Shown here: one piece after another, positions 1 through 9,425 of the stretch | Position numbering within the stretch: the first letter of the stretch is position 1 | How the letters are laid out: each line of letters opens with the position of its first letter | Source of the DNA: a virus | Lineage: Duplodnaviria > Caudoviricetes | Length of the DNA: 40,666 nt | Virus record (IMG/VR): IMGVR_UViG_3300005261_000054 | Coordinates: 1 to 40,666 of that record | Strand: one strand, 5' to 3' | Made by a program: the position numbers and the translations under genes | Notes under the pieces: model-generated | What the model was told of the DNA's origin: nothing | The model's database searches: none | The model's input: only the letters and a program-made list of their open reading frames with translations

Positions 1-225
1 CTACATTTTTTTCTTTTCTTGCCTACCACGAGAATAACCATACAAAAACATTAAACCAACGATAATAAAAATTATGCCAGTCGGCACATTATATCCTGAA
101 AAATCAAATATCATAGTTCTGAACTCAACTGTTGGAGTAAACAACAATCGAATACCTAATAACATAAGAATCAAACCATTATAAACAAGATATTTTGGTG
201 TTTGCTCTGAGAAGTTCATTTGCAT
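1..225 (-). CDS. Small two-TM membrane protein, candidate immunity protein for the upstream RHS C-terminal domain
   Basis: 74 aa, two hydrophobic stretches, basic tail; starts 6 bp after the RHS stop; AT-rich like the RHS tip. Confidence 0.6.
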   Translation of the reverse strand: MQMNFSEQTPKYLVYNGLILMLLGIRLLFTPTVEFRTMIFDFSGYNVPTGIIFIIVGLMFLYGYSRGRQEKKKM

Positions 226-231
226 ACCTAA

Positions 232-3200
232 TCATCTAAACAAAAGTGGTTTAATAAAAGTATTGTATAAAGTACCATAGAATCCTCCAGCAGATTGGGC
301 TGATGGAGTTGTTCCAGGCAATTGTGTGTCCGCAAAATCAGGAATATTATTAAGTATATCTTGTCCTCTTTGTGAACCTGCTGCCACCATTAATGCCCAA
401 TATAATTTTTCAAACTCCCCAGGAGGAGGCCCTTTTGGCCCTTTTCCTTTATAGGGACATGATTTTGATTTACTTTTTGGTTTTTTATAATTTGGAGTAC
501 TTCCTTTTACATTCGGATTAACTCTGTTAATCTGGGTAACCATTGCTTCTTCATATGGTCCGGCTGATGTATTACCATCATAAAAGGTGACAGCAAGAAA
601 AGCACCAACAGGATTCGCAACACGCCCAAATGCAGCCAAACCTGAAAGGTTTGGAAATGTAAATTGAATTGCTGGTAAAGTTAAAGTTCCTGCACTTAAT
701 CCTTCCGGATCAACCCAATTCACCGGATTATTTTGAACATACTGATACAGGTTCCCCTGTCCACCCTCGAAGAATATGGGGTCCTTTGCCGTCCATCTCC
801 CCGTGCCGGGCTCATAATCCCTGTAGCCAAACCTCACCAGTTGGGTGTCGGTATCGATCACACCGCCGGCAAACCCGACCGGCAGCACGAAGTCGGCATT
901 GCTGTCCAGGGTCCAGGCGCCGAAACTGTCGAACTCCAGCAGCTTGACGATGTTACCTGTTGCGTCAGTCACTACTTTCGGCGTGCCCACCTGGTCAGCG
1001 CCAACATAGTACGTTGCGCCCCCCTTGTCCATGGCAAAGAGATGTCCGCTGTTATCATAGTGGAAATAGGTAAGGCTACCCGCAGGATCGCGCATGGCCG
1101 TGAGCTGGAACGGCTGCCCGAGGTTGCCGTAAAGGTACTGCCAGGTGCCGGTGCTGTTTGTTCGCGCGATCTGTCTTCCCATGCCGTCGTAGGCATAAGT
1201 GACGGTTTTGCCGTTGACGCTCGCTTGAACAAGTTCGCCCTGGGCGCTGTATTGGAAGGTGTCGGTGCCACGTTGGATTAACTGGCCGTCGGCGTTGAAC
1301 TGGTAGGATGTGCCACCCTGCTGGACGAGACGGTCCTGGCTGTCGTAAGTCGACGAGAGCGTTGTGGTGGTAGCCAACTGGTAGGTAGTCCGATTGCCGT
1401 TGACGTCGTAGGTGTACTGTTGCTGGGTGACGCCGTTTTGCGCCACTTGCACGAGCTGCCCGTCCGCATCGTAGGTGTACTTCCAGGTGACGGCCGGGTA
1501 GCCGGTAACGGTTTCGGTTTTTTGAGAAATATTACCGGTACTGTCGTAGGACAGCTGGAGGGAATAGATGGTCTTGCTGTTTACCGTATGGGTGCGGGTG
1601 GCAACACGGCCAAGGGTGTCGTAGGTGACGGCAATGTTCGAGGCCGTATCGCTGATGCCGCTTACCGCTCCGGCAGGGCCGGTGCGGGCAAAGGTAAAGG
1701 AGCCTGCGCCGGTAACCAGGCCATCGGTGTCCCTGGTGATTGCGGTTGCAATGTTGTCCGTTCCGCTGGCAAGGTTTATCTGCTTGAGGAGGAAGTTGTT
1801 GTCATAGGTGTAGGTGAACTGGCCATTGCTTACCCCGGTGAATGCGTTTCCCGTTACCAGGCTGCCGTCATAGGTGTAGGCAAGCTGTTGTACCGACGAG
1901 CCGCCGGCCGGAGTGCGGAGCATGCGGCTGAGCCGGTTGGTCTGGTCGTTGTAGGAGAGGCTGACCGTTGCTTCGGCGTAGACCGTTCCCAGGGGGCGAC
2001 CGCCGCTATCATAGCCTGCATCCACCGTGCGGCCGCCGGGAAGCGTGGTTCTGGTCCACTCCTGATCAAGGCTGTACTGCCAGGAGTAGGGAGAATTGCC
2101 GGGAGGGGTGTAATCACTGCTCAGGTCGATTACCGTATAGCCGAGCTTGTGCACCGCTCCGCTCGGCATGGTGAGTTGGGTGCGGTTGCCGTTGGCATCG
2201 TAGGCAAAGCCATAGGTCCGGCCGCTGGGCAGCGTGAGTTGCGTTACCTGGTCGGCATTGTCATAGCTCAACTTGACCATGTTCCCCAGGGCGTCGGTCC
2301 GGCTTGCCACCCTTCCCAGCGAGTCATAGACATAGCTGCTTTGCTGGTTTCCCTGCACCATTTGTTGCATCATTCCCCTGGAATCATACGTTATGGTCAG
2401 GGGTGAAATGGCCGTATCAAGGGTGAGCGATAGCGGCCGCCCCTGATTGTCGGTGAGAAGCGTTGTTTTCCGGCCTGAAGGGGTGGTGGCGGTGTATGTC
2501 AGATGAGATGCGTCGAAGACTTTGGTATAGGCTTTACCGTTGAGGGAAAGCGTGTCGGTTTGAGTGGTCAAATTCAAATTATTGTTCGGATCAAACGTCG
2601 CGGTCCGGTTTATGGTGATGGTGCCTGTTAATCCGGATGGGGCCTTGACAGTGGCCGAAGACGGCAGATCCACCAAGGTTCCGAATCGCGGATCGATCCC
2701 GGGAGTGACCGAGGTTATCGTTCCATCCGGCAACGTGCTCTGGTTGCTGCCGTTGGTTCTGGTCACTGTCACGCTTTGCGCGCCGGTGGGCGACGTAATG
2801 GTTTCGCGCTGGTCGTTGGTAGTGAGATAGTCCGTCAGGTATGTGGTGGTTCTGCCGAGGGCGGTGGACAGAATTTTCTGTTTGGAAGACAGTGTTTTTG
2901 TTCCGGTAAGTGCCGTGTATCCACCGGCGGGATTTTCATCGCGGGTAAGAAGGCCGAGGGTGTCGTAGGTGAACGTATGAATGTTTCCCTTCGGGTCGGT
3001 ATACGTGCTCAGCAGCCCGGTATCCGAATACGTCATCCGGGTCGCTTCGCCTGCCGGATTTGTCAGGCTCGCGAGATAGCCGTCGGCGTTAATCGCGAGA
3101 GTGGTGCGTTGACCAAAGGGAGCGACAATGGCCGTAGCATTGCCATTGGCATCCTTTTCGATGGTCGTGATGTTGCCGTCGCCGTCAGTCACCGCGGCGA

Positions 3201-6200
3201 GTCTGCCGTTTGAATCGTAGCTGAAACCGAATACTGTTGCGCCAGTCAGGGCGTTGAGGGTGCGCTGGTGTTTGCCCGAGCTGTTGAATAGATAGAGCTG
3301 GCTGCCGTCATCTGAAGGGATATAAATATCATTGATTGTTAAACTGGGCCAAACAGGTCCGACGCGGCGAATACGGAAATTAGAATAATCAGCAATGTAG
3401 ATGATTCCGTCTGGACCGACCGCAACACCGAATGGTGTGTAAAACGAAGCGCTGGTCGCAGAGCCGCCGTCGCCACTGTACCCTCCGACGCCATTACCGG
3501 CGACTGTCGTGATGATCCCGTCAGGACCGACACGGCGAATACGTAAATTAGCCTGATCAGCAATGTAGATACTTCCGTCCGTCCCGACAGCAACACCACC
3601 TGGCCCATAAAGCGAAGCGCTGGTCGCAGGGCCGCCGTCACCGCTGTAACCTCCGGCACCATTGCCGGCCACGGTGGTAATGATACCATTTGGGCCTATT
3701 CGACGAATACGGTGATTACCCTCATCGGCAATGTAGATGATTCCGTCTGGCCCGACAGCAACACTACGTGGACCGCTAAACGCAGCGCTGGTACCAAGGC
3801 CGCCGTCACCACCATAATCACCATCATAATTACCGCGACCGGCTACGGTAGTGATAATCCCGTCAGCCCTGACACGGCGAATACGGTTATTACCTCTATC
3901 AGCAATGTAGATGCTTCCGTCCGGCCCGACCGCAACACCGGTTGGAAAGTAAATCGCAGCGTTGGTAGCAGGGATGCCGTCACCACCACGAAAATAATAC
4001 GTATCACCATTACCGGCTACGGTAGTGATGATCCCGTCAGGGCTGACACGGCGAATGCGGTTATTACCATAATCAGCAATGTAGATGCTTCCGTCCGGCC
4101 CGACCGCAACATCGATTGGATTACTAAACATGGCACTGGTTGCCGGACCGCCGTCGCCACCATAGCCGGCAGTACCATTACCGGCTATGGTGGTCATAAC
4201 GCCATCTGTCCCCACCCGGAGAATACGGTTACGGTTATAATCAGCAGTGTAGATGCTTCCGTCTGGCCCGACCGCAACACCGGATGGAGTAGAACCTTGC
4301 TTATAAGAACCGGCCGCTGTTGTGATGACTGACGCACCAAGCGTTTTTGCAGAGCGCCAACCGCCATCTCCCAACAAGAGCGTTTTGCCGGCAGGGTCGT
4401 ACACATGATGGCTGTCCAGATCCCAACCACCCAGACCTTGAGAGCGGGCATCGAAATAGCTGCCCACCGAAAGCTGCTCAGCTTGCCAGATAGTGATCTC
4501 CCTCTCTTCAAATAAGGCGGAAACAGGGGAACCATAATAGGTGAAGTGACCGAACATCTCGTCGTAGCCACCTAATGGCTTGGCTGTCAGGTAGACAAGG
4601 CCATATACATAACCTATGTTCACCTTGAGAGGCTGAGTGCCTTGCATGGTCCTCCCAAAAGCATCCTTGCCATCCCAGGTAAAGGTATAGGTTTGGTTTG
4701 TTGCTGCGGAAAAACTTTGCGAAAACCGTCGGCCGGCGAGCTGGATTATGACATCGATTCTTTTGAGGCTTGCCGGAACGCTTGCGCCGCTAATGGGGAT
4801 GTCCACCGAGCGAGTTGGCGTATAGCCGGGAGCACGGCTGCTTCTGTAGTTCAAGGTAAAGGGCGTGCCGGGTACTCCTATTCGTTCACCCAAGACCTGA
4901 TTCTCGGCTTCAATGATGGATCCACACTCTTCACATGGATCTTGAGTTTGCGCGATTGCAGGTGGTGGCTGTTTCGGCGCCGTTGCATCCGATGGAGGGC
5001 CATAGGGCCAGTTGAAATCCCAGGTGGAAAAATGGGTGACGGGAACTCGCCAGAGTTGTTTCGGAGTTTGGGGATACAGGGTGGCCAGTTGCTGCCGTTC
5101 CGTGTCGGTTATGGCAAGGGCGGCCAGTTTGGTTGCATCGCCGGCCTGCCCAGTGCCATCGGTATCAATATCCGCAAGTCCGCCAGTAATGCTCAGGATC
5201 TTGATTACCCGGCCATTTTGCGAAGGGATCCATTGGCCTTTGTCGCGATCGTAATATCCGGAGGGCACTGTTTCTCCGGTCGGAAAGCCGATGAAGTTAT
5301 CCACATAGACATATACCGGCTGACTAAACGTTATCTGTTTGGCCCCGGCGGCTATGGCTTCGTCGGCGCTGAGTTCCACGGCATAGGTATAGCCGCTGGC
5401 GGCCGGAAGCGAGGCCGGCATGGTCTTGGGACCGTTGGTGCCCACGGTGTATTCCGTTGCCCTTATGTTCAGGCTGGCTGCTGACTGGGTACTGCCGTCA
5501 GACATGACCATCTGGGCGGTGGTGCCTGATGAAAACAGCAGCGTTGCCTGACGGGTACCGGTCGTGTCTGTAACGACAGTGCCCTGATGCACCTGCATCT
5601 GAGCGGATGATGAAAAATTAACCGTAGTAACCTGCGTATCAACCGGGATCAGTACCACGTCGGGAAGCCAGGCGTAATCCTGCCAGGGAACAGTGATCTG
5701 CCGGTGCGCGGGAAAATAGCCGGTCTTCTCATAGGCGACCGTAAGAGATCCTCCACCATTGACCGCCATGTCGAACATGCCGTCGCTACGGGTATAGGTC
5801 TGGCCAAATTCGGGGTGATCCTTGATGGTGATCTTCACACCTGAGAGTGGTTGATTGGTGCGATCAGTGGCCAGGCCGCGTACCACCGCGGCCCGGCGCA
5901 CCTCGATGGTTCCGGTTGGAACGCCGGTCTGAATCGGGTCGGTCCCGGTGTAGAGAAAAGAGGTGCTGGCGGCGACAGTCGTTGTCACGGTTGTGTCTAA
6001 TGCAGGGGCGATGGTCTGTGGATCAACGGGAACCGGGATGGTGGTTGCCGGTCCACGGGAGACGATCAGGTTGACGGCGGAACCGGCAGGCGCCTTGGCT
6101 GAAGCCAGGGGATACTGGCTGATGACAGTGCCGCTCGTGACACTGGAACTATAGTCGCTGCCAATAGCACCGACGGTCAGACCGGCAGCGGTAATCGCGG

Positions 6201-7749
6201 TCGCCGCATCGCTCTGGGTGAGGCCGTTTACCTTGGGAACGGTGCTGGTGTTGGCTGCCGGACCGAGTGAAATAACGATGGAAACCGCAGCGCCTGACAC
6301 AGCAGTGGTTCCGGCTGCCGGGTTCTGGCTGATGACGGTGCCGACAATTGCTGTTGTACTGTTGACTGAGGTGACCGTGCCGAGGGTCAAGCCTTTGGTT
6401 GTCAAGGTATTGCCGGCTGCTTGCTGGGTCTGGCCGGTCACATCCGGGACGATGAGCGGCGGCGGTCCGGAAGAGACAACCAGTGCTACGGCTGTTCCGG
6501 CGAGGGTGGTGGTTCCTCCTGCCGGATTCTGGCCGATGACGGTACCGGCAGCTGCGGTGGTGCTTGATGTGGTGGTTATGGTACCGGCAACAAGGTTGGC
6601 CGCCGCAAGTGCTGCCTGAGCATCTGTTTGCGTCTTGCCGAAGACGTTGGGCACGGTAACAGTGGCAGGGCCGCTGGAAACAACGAGGTTGACCGACGAG
6701 CCTTGCACTGCAGTTGCGCTGGCAATGGGGCTTTGGCTGATAACATTGCCGATAGGTACGGTGGTGCTTGAGGCAGTGGTTATGGTACCGACAGTGAGGT
6801 TTGCTGCCGTAATTGCTGTCTGTGCATTCGCCTGCGTCATGCCGACGACATTGGGTACCGAAACGGTCGGCAGACCACTCGACACCACGAGGTTGACCAC
6901 TGAGCCTTGCGACGCGGTTGTACCGGCAGCAGGGGTTTGGCTGATGACGCTGCCGGCAGGTACGGTGGTGCTTGAGGTGGTAGTTATGGTACTGACAGTG
7001 AGGTTTGCCGCCGTAATTGCCGTCTGCGCATTCGCCTGTGTCATGCCTACGACATTAGGTACCGAAACGGTTGACTGACCACTCGACACCACGAGGTTGA
7101 CCGCTGAACCTTGCGACGCCGTTGTACCGGCAACAGGGGTTTGGCTGATGATGGTACCGGCAGGTACGGTGGTGCTTGAGGCGGTAGTTATGGTACCGAC
7201 AGTGAGATTGGCTGCCGTAATTGCTGTTTGAGCGTTCGCCTGTGTCATGCCGACGACATTGGGAACAGTAGCGGAGTGTGATGCTTTGACTATTGCTATG
7301 GTTATGAAGCTTCCCCGTTTGCCTTGAAGCTGAACAGTCAGGACGTTGCGCTTCCGCAACGTCACGTTCCGTTCTATCAGCTTGACACCGTGGTGAAAGT
7401 CGGAGGGACCGATGATCTCGTTACCATTCAGGGTTACGGTGGCGCTGGACACGTCATCATCATCTTTGTGTCTATCGCGATCCCTGTCCCTTCCTCTGCT
7501 TGGTTCTCTATCCCGATCTCTATGCCTGTCCCGCTCTCCGTTGAACAGCAGCAGGGTATAATTGGAACCCTCAGTGTGGACGGTGAATTTCCGTTTCTCG
7601 GTTTCCGGTCTGCCCCTGTCCCGCTCGAATCTCTCTGGTCCAAAGACCGTATGGTGGCCTCTGTCAAAAGATAATGCGTTGTTGAGGAAGAAATGAGGAG
7701 CAAAGCCAAGAAGCAGGCCTGCGATCAGAATAACTTTCACGAACTTCAT
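232..7749 (-). CDS. Secreted teneurin-like / RHS-YD repeat protein with 6 PASTA domains, NHL repeats, RHS core and variable C-terminal (toxin-like) domain
   Basis: Start set at ATG 7749 (GGAGG RBS, signal-peptide-like MKFVKVILIAGLLLG); VPNVVGMTQ PASTA repeats; GVAVGPDGSIYIAD NHL repeats; YD repeats; RFGYRDYEPGTGRWTAKDPI...NPVNWVDPEG RHS core. Confidence 0.92.
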   Translation of the reverse strand: MKFVKVILIAGLLLGFAPHFFLNNALSFDRGHHTVFGPERFERDRGRPETEKRKFTVHTEGSNYTLLLFNGERDRHRDRDREPSRGRDRDRDRHKDDDDVSSATVTLNGNEIIGPSDFHHGVKLIERNVTLRKRNVLTVQLQGKRGSFITIAIVKASHSATVPNVVGMTQANAQTAITAANLTVGTITTASSTTVPAGTIISQTPVAGTTASQGSAVNLVVSSGQSTVSVPNVVGMTQANAQTAITAANLTVSTITTTSSTTVPAGSVISQTPAAGTTASQGSVVNLVVSSGLPTVSVPNVVGMTQANAQTAITAANLTVGTITTASSTTVPIGNVISQSPIASATAVQGSSVNLVVSSGPATVTVPNVFGKTQTDAQAALAAANLVAGTITTTSSTTAAAGTVIGQNPAGGTTTLAGTAVALVVSSGPPPLIVPDVTGQTQQAAGNTLTTKGLTLGTVTSVNSTTAIVGTVISQNPAAGTTAVSGAAVSIVISLGPAANTSTVPKVNGLTQSDAATAITAAGLTVGAIGSDYSSSVTSGTVISQYPLASAKAPAGSAVNLIVSRGPATTIPVPVDPQTIAPALDTTVTTTVAASTSFLYTGTDPIQTGVPTGTIEVRRAAVVRGLATDRTNQPLSGVKITIKDHPEFGQTYTRSDGMFDMAVNGGGSLTVAYEKTGYFPAHRQITVPWQDYAWLPDVVLIPVDTQVTTVNFSSSAQMQVHQGTVVTDTTGTRQATLLFSSGTTAQMVMSDGSTQSAASLNIRATEYTVGTNGPKTMPASLPAASGYTYAVELSADEAIAAGAKQITFSQPVYVYVDNFIGFPTGETVPSGYYDRDKGQWIPSQNGRVIKILSITGGLADIDTDGTGQAGDATKLAALAITDTERQQLATLYPQTPKQLWRVPVTHFSTWDFNWPYGPPSDATAPKQPPPAIAQTQDPCEECGSIIEAENQVLGERIGVPGTPFTLNYRSSRAPGYTPTRSVDIPISGASVPASLKRIDVIIQLAGRRFSQSFSAATNQTYTFTWDGKDAFGRTMQGTQPLKVNIGYVYGLVYLTAKPLGGYDEMFGHFTYYGSPVSALFEEREITIWQAEQLSVGSYFDARSQGLGGWDLDSHHVYDPAGKTLLLGDGGWRSAKTLGASVITTAAGSYKQGSTPSGVAVGPDGSIYTADYNRNRILRVGTDGVMTTIAGNGTAGYGGDGGPATSAMFSNPIDVAVGPDGSIYIADYGNNRIRRVSPDGIITTVAGNGDTYYFRGGDGIPATNAAIYFPTGVAVGPDGSIYIADRGNNRIRRVRADGIITTVAGRGNYDGDYGGDGGLGTSAAFSGPRSVAVGPDGIIYIADEGNHRIRRIGPNGIITTVAGNGAGGYSGDGGPATSASLYGPGGVAVGTDGSIYIADQANLRIRRVGPDGIITTVAGNGVGGYSGDGGSATSASFYTPFGVAVGPDGIIYIADYSNFRIRRVGPVWPSLTINDIYIPSDDGSQLYLFNSSGKHQRTLNALTGATVFGFSYDSNGRLAAVTDGDGNITTIEKDANGNATAIVAPFGQRTTLAINADGYLASLTNPAGEATRMTYSDTGLLSTYTDPKGNIHTFTYDTLGLLTRDENPAGGYTALTGTKTLSSKQKILSTALGRTTTYLTDYLTTNDQRETITSPTGAQSVTVTRTNGSNQSTLPDGTITSVTPGIDPRFGTLVDLPSSATVKAPSGLTGTITINRTATFDPNNNLNLTTQTDTLSLNGKAYTKVFDASHLTYTATTPSGRKTTLLTDNQGRPLSLTLDTAISPLTITYDSRGMMQQMVQGNQQSSYVYDSLGRVASRTDALGNMVKLSYDNADQVTQLTLPSGRTYGFAYDANGNRTQLTMPSGAVHKLGYTVIDLSSDYTPPGNSPYSWQYSLDQEWTRTTLPGGRTVDAGYDSGGRPLGTVYAEATVSLSYNDQTNRLSRMLRTPAGGSSVQQLAYTYDGSLVTGNAFTGVSNGQFTYTYDNNFLLKQINLASGTDNIATAITRDTDGLVTGAGSFTFARTGPAGAVSGISDTASNIAVTYDTLGRVATRTHTVNSKTIYSLQLSYDSTGNISQKTETVTGYPAVTWKYTYDADGQLVQVAQNGVTQQQYTYDVNGNRTTYQLATTTTLSSTYDSQDRLVQQGGTSYQFNADGQLIQRGTDTFQYSAQGELVQASVNGKTVTYAYDGMGRQIARTNSTGTWQYLYGNLGQPFQLTAMRDPAGSLTYFHYDNSGHLFAMDKGGATYYVGADQVGTPKVVTDATGNIVKLLEFDSFGAWTLDSNADFVLPVGFAGGVIDTDTQLVRFGYRDYEPGTGRWTAKDPIFFEGGQGNLYQYVQNNPVNWVDPEGLSAGTLTLPAIQFTFPNLSGLAAFGRVANPVGAFLAVTFYDGNTSAGPYEEAMVTQINRVNPNVKGSTPNYKKPKSKSKSCPYKGKGPKGPPPGEFEKLYWALMVAAGSQRGQDILNNIPDFADTQLPGTTPSAQSAGGFYGTLYNTFIKPLLFR
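3360..4290 (-). repeat. Coding repeats for six NHL beta-propeller blades
   Basis: Six copies of (G/D/S)VAVG(P/T)DG(S/I)IY(I/T)AD..N.RI(R/L)R in the translation, with similar DNA. Confidence 0.85.
6050..7270 (-). repeat. Six PASTA-domain coding repeats; three near-identical 204-bp units at ~6660-7270
   Basis: GACATT anchors at 6847, 7051, 7255 (204-bp period); 68-aa repeats. Confidence 0.9.
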
Positions 7750-7818
7750 GTAACCCTCCAATAGAAAAGCCTGCCATCGAACAAGAAGGCAGGAACAAAA
7801 CAGTGCACGCATAGGCAC

Positions 7819-7852
7819 AAAAAAAGCCCACTCCGAAAAAAGGGTGGGCTTT
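7819..7852 (-). terminator. Intrinsic terminator in the RHS gene leader (riboswitch expression platform)
   Basis: Minus strand AAAGCCCACCC-TTTTTTC-GGAGTGGGC-TTTTTTT: GC stem followed by a U-tract. Confidence 0.85.
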
Positions 7853-7876
7853 CATGATAGACAAACATCATCCGTC

Positions 7877-7955
7877 ACTTCGACAGCCCCTCTATCCAGT
7901 CCATTCTGGATGGTGGCTTTGTGCCACACGGTTACCCGTGCTTTACCCTTTCGGC
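7877..7955 (-). ncRNA. c-di-GMP-I (GEMM-I) family riboswitch aptamer
   Basis: Minus strand CGAAAGGGTAAA-GCACGG-GTAA-CCGTGT-GGCACAAAGCC-ACCATCCAG..CTGGATAGAGGGGCTGTCGAA matches the GGGYAAA / GNRA hairpin / CAAAGCC / GGGGYTRYCGA layout, with a compensatory T-A pair in place of the usual C-G. Confidence 0.8.
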
Positions 7956-8365
7956 GACTCGGTATATTTAATTTTAATGAGACGATAAATTAAGAAAATG
8001 ATTTAAGGTTTGGATGTCTGTCTTGTAAGTGAATAATGTCTTTCTGTCAATATTTTTTTCAAGAAAATATTAGCAATTACAAATATTTGAAATTACTTAA
8101 AATACGGGCGAATGTTTTGTATATGGAATTGTTGATTGGATATTTGGGGAAGGACAAAACGAGCAGGAGACACCACTTAAAGATATCTGTCTTTCTTATA
8201 CTTACACACAGGCCTACATACATTGGGACGTATTCTGTCCAGTCAGCTAAAAAAATTCTTGTTCATTAAAAACATAAATGTTTCAATCCCGTAAACTTAA
8301 ATCACTATTTATATGTAATACTAAAGTTCTAGTTTTTATTAATGGAGGGACTATGCCGCTCAAGG

Positions 8366-8731
8366 CTATTCTTGTTTCCGAGATGCTTTCTCGTTACGGA
8401 TACGCAGGATCTCTGCAAATAGCTCGGTTTCTGAAAGAAGAGAGAGTTCATCACAAAGCATCTTCACAATCCTTGGATCGAAATTCTCAAGCTTCTTCAA
8501 AGCATCAAAATATTCCTTCTGCACTTCATCCTGTATAGAAACAATTATTTCACGTTCGTCTATTGCCAGTACTTCGCAGATTTTCCGTATAGATTCTAAT
8601 TTGGGTACAATAGTTCCTTTTTCCCACCGGCTAATTTGCGAAGCGGGCAATCCAGTCATTTTTGCAAGCTCTTTCTGAGCTAGTCCGTGCTGAATTCTGA
8701 TTTTTCTTATTTTGCTTCCGATGCTCTCCAT
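8366..8731 (-). CDS. XRE-family HTH repressor (CI-like)
   Basis: IGSKIRKIRIQHGLAQKELAKMTGLPASQISRWEKG HTH_3 pattern; GGAGG RBS; divergent from the phage operon. Confidence 0.88.
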   Translation of the reverse strand: MESIGSKIRKIRIQHGLAQKELAKMTGLPASQISRWEKGTIVPKLESIRKICEVLAIDEREIIVSIQDEVQKEYFDALKKLENFDPRIVKMLCDELSLLSETELFAEILRIRNEKASRKQE

Positions 8732-8739
8732 TTACCCCT

Positions 8740-8900
8740 CCAGCTAATTTCTTTCCAAAATTGACACAAGAAATAACATAAAAAACAATATTGACAATTA
8801 AAAAATGACAAATGCTAATTTTTTCATTGCGAACCATCACCTGTTATGTTATCAGAATTATCATTTATGTTAATTACGATACAACAAATGACAACAAAAG
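8740..8900. promoter_or_regulatory. Divergent promoter/operator region of the lysis-lysogeny switch
   Basis: AT-rich gap between divergent DNA-binding genes; TTGACA at 8761 and 8791; -10 boxes unclear. Confidence 0.5.
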
Positions 8901-8908
8901 GAGGTCCT

Positions 8909-9073
8909 ATGGCAAACGCGAATGAGCAAATAACCGTCAAAATAGGAGTGGAAAGAAAGAAGCAATTGATAGCTTTGGGGAAGAAAACCGGGGTTCAGAT
9001 GTCAAGTCAAATCCGTAAATGGATTTTTGAGAGGCTCGACGAAATTCAACTACAGAAACAAGAAGCCCCGTAA
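8909..9073 (+). CDS. Small DNA-binding protein (ribbon-helix-helix-like, Cro position)
   Basis: AGGAGG RBS then ATG 8909; QITVKI strand followed by two amphipathic helices. Confidence 0.6.
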   Translation: MANANEQITVKIGVERKKQLIALGKKTGVQMSSQIRKWIFERLDEIQLQKQEAP

Positions 9074-9142
9074 GGAAGCACGACAACACCCACGCCACAC
9101 TCAAAGCAGACAGCTCCGTTACGTAAGAAAGCAAGCAAAACC

Positions 9143-9337
9143 ATGGCAACCACTCTTGACGATATCGCCGCACTTTTGACCGAGCAAAACAACTTGCTTC
9201 GGCAGATGCTCAATGTGTCACCAGTTACGCATGCTGCGCCCTCCCCTGTCCACGAACACCAAATCAGAAAAGCGGCTCAAGCCGACTGGGCGGAAATCAT
9301 GGCCAAGAAAGCACGGAAGCAATCGAATACAGCGTAG
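9143..9337 (+). CDS. Hypothetical phage protein
   Basis: 64-aa ORF in operon orientation. Confidence 0.55.
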   Translation: MATTLDDIAALLTEQNNLLRQMLNVSPVTHAAPSPVHEHQIRKAAQADWAEIMAKKARKQSNTA

Positions 9338-9425
9338 CACAACCAAACATTAGAGAGTGAGCCACCAGAATGAACAGATGTGAGACATACCAAAAACTGG
9401 AAAATCTCCAAACCCTGAGAGCTGC

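Noticed and set aside
669-7674. Plus-strand ORFs of up to 328 aa over the RHS gene
   Set aside because: Antisense shadows of a GC-rich repetitive coding region
7750-7818. N-terminal extension of the RHS ORF in the ORF track
   Set aside because: Abuts the terminator; RBS and signal peptide indicate ATG 7749
8036-8538. Plus-strand ORFs 8036-8269 and 8278-8538
   Set aside because: AT-rich, no convincing RBS or motif; the second overlaps the repressor antisense
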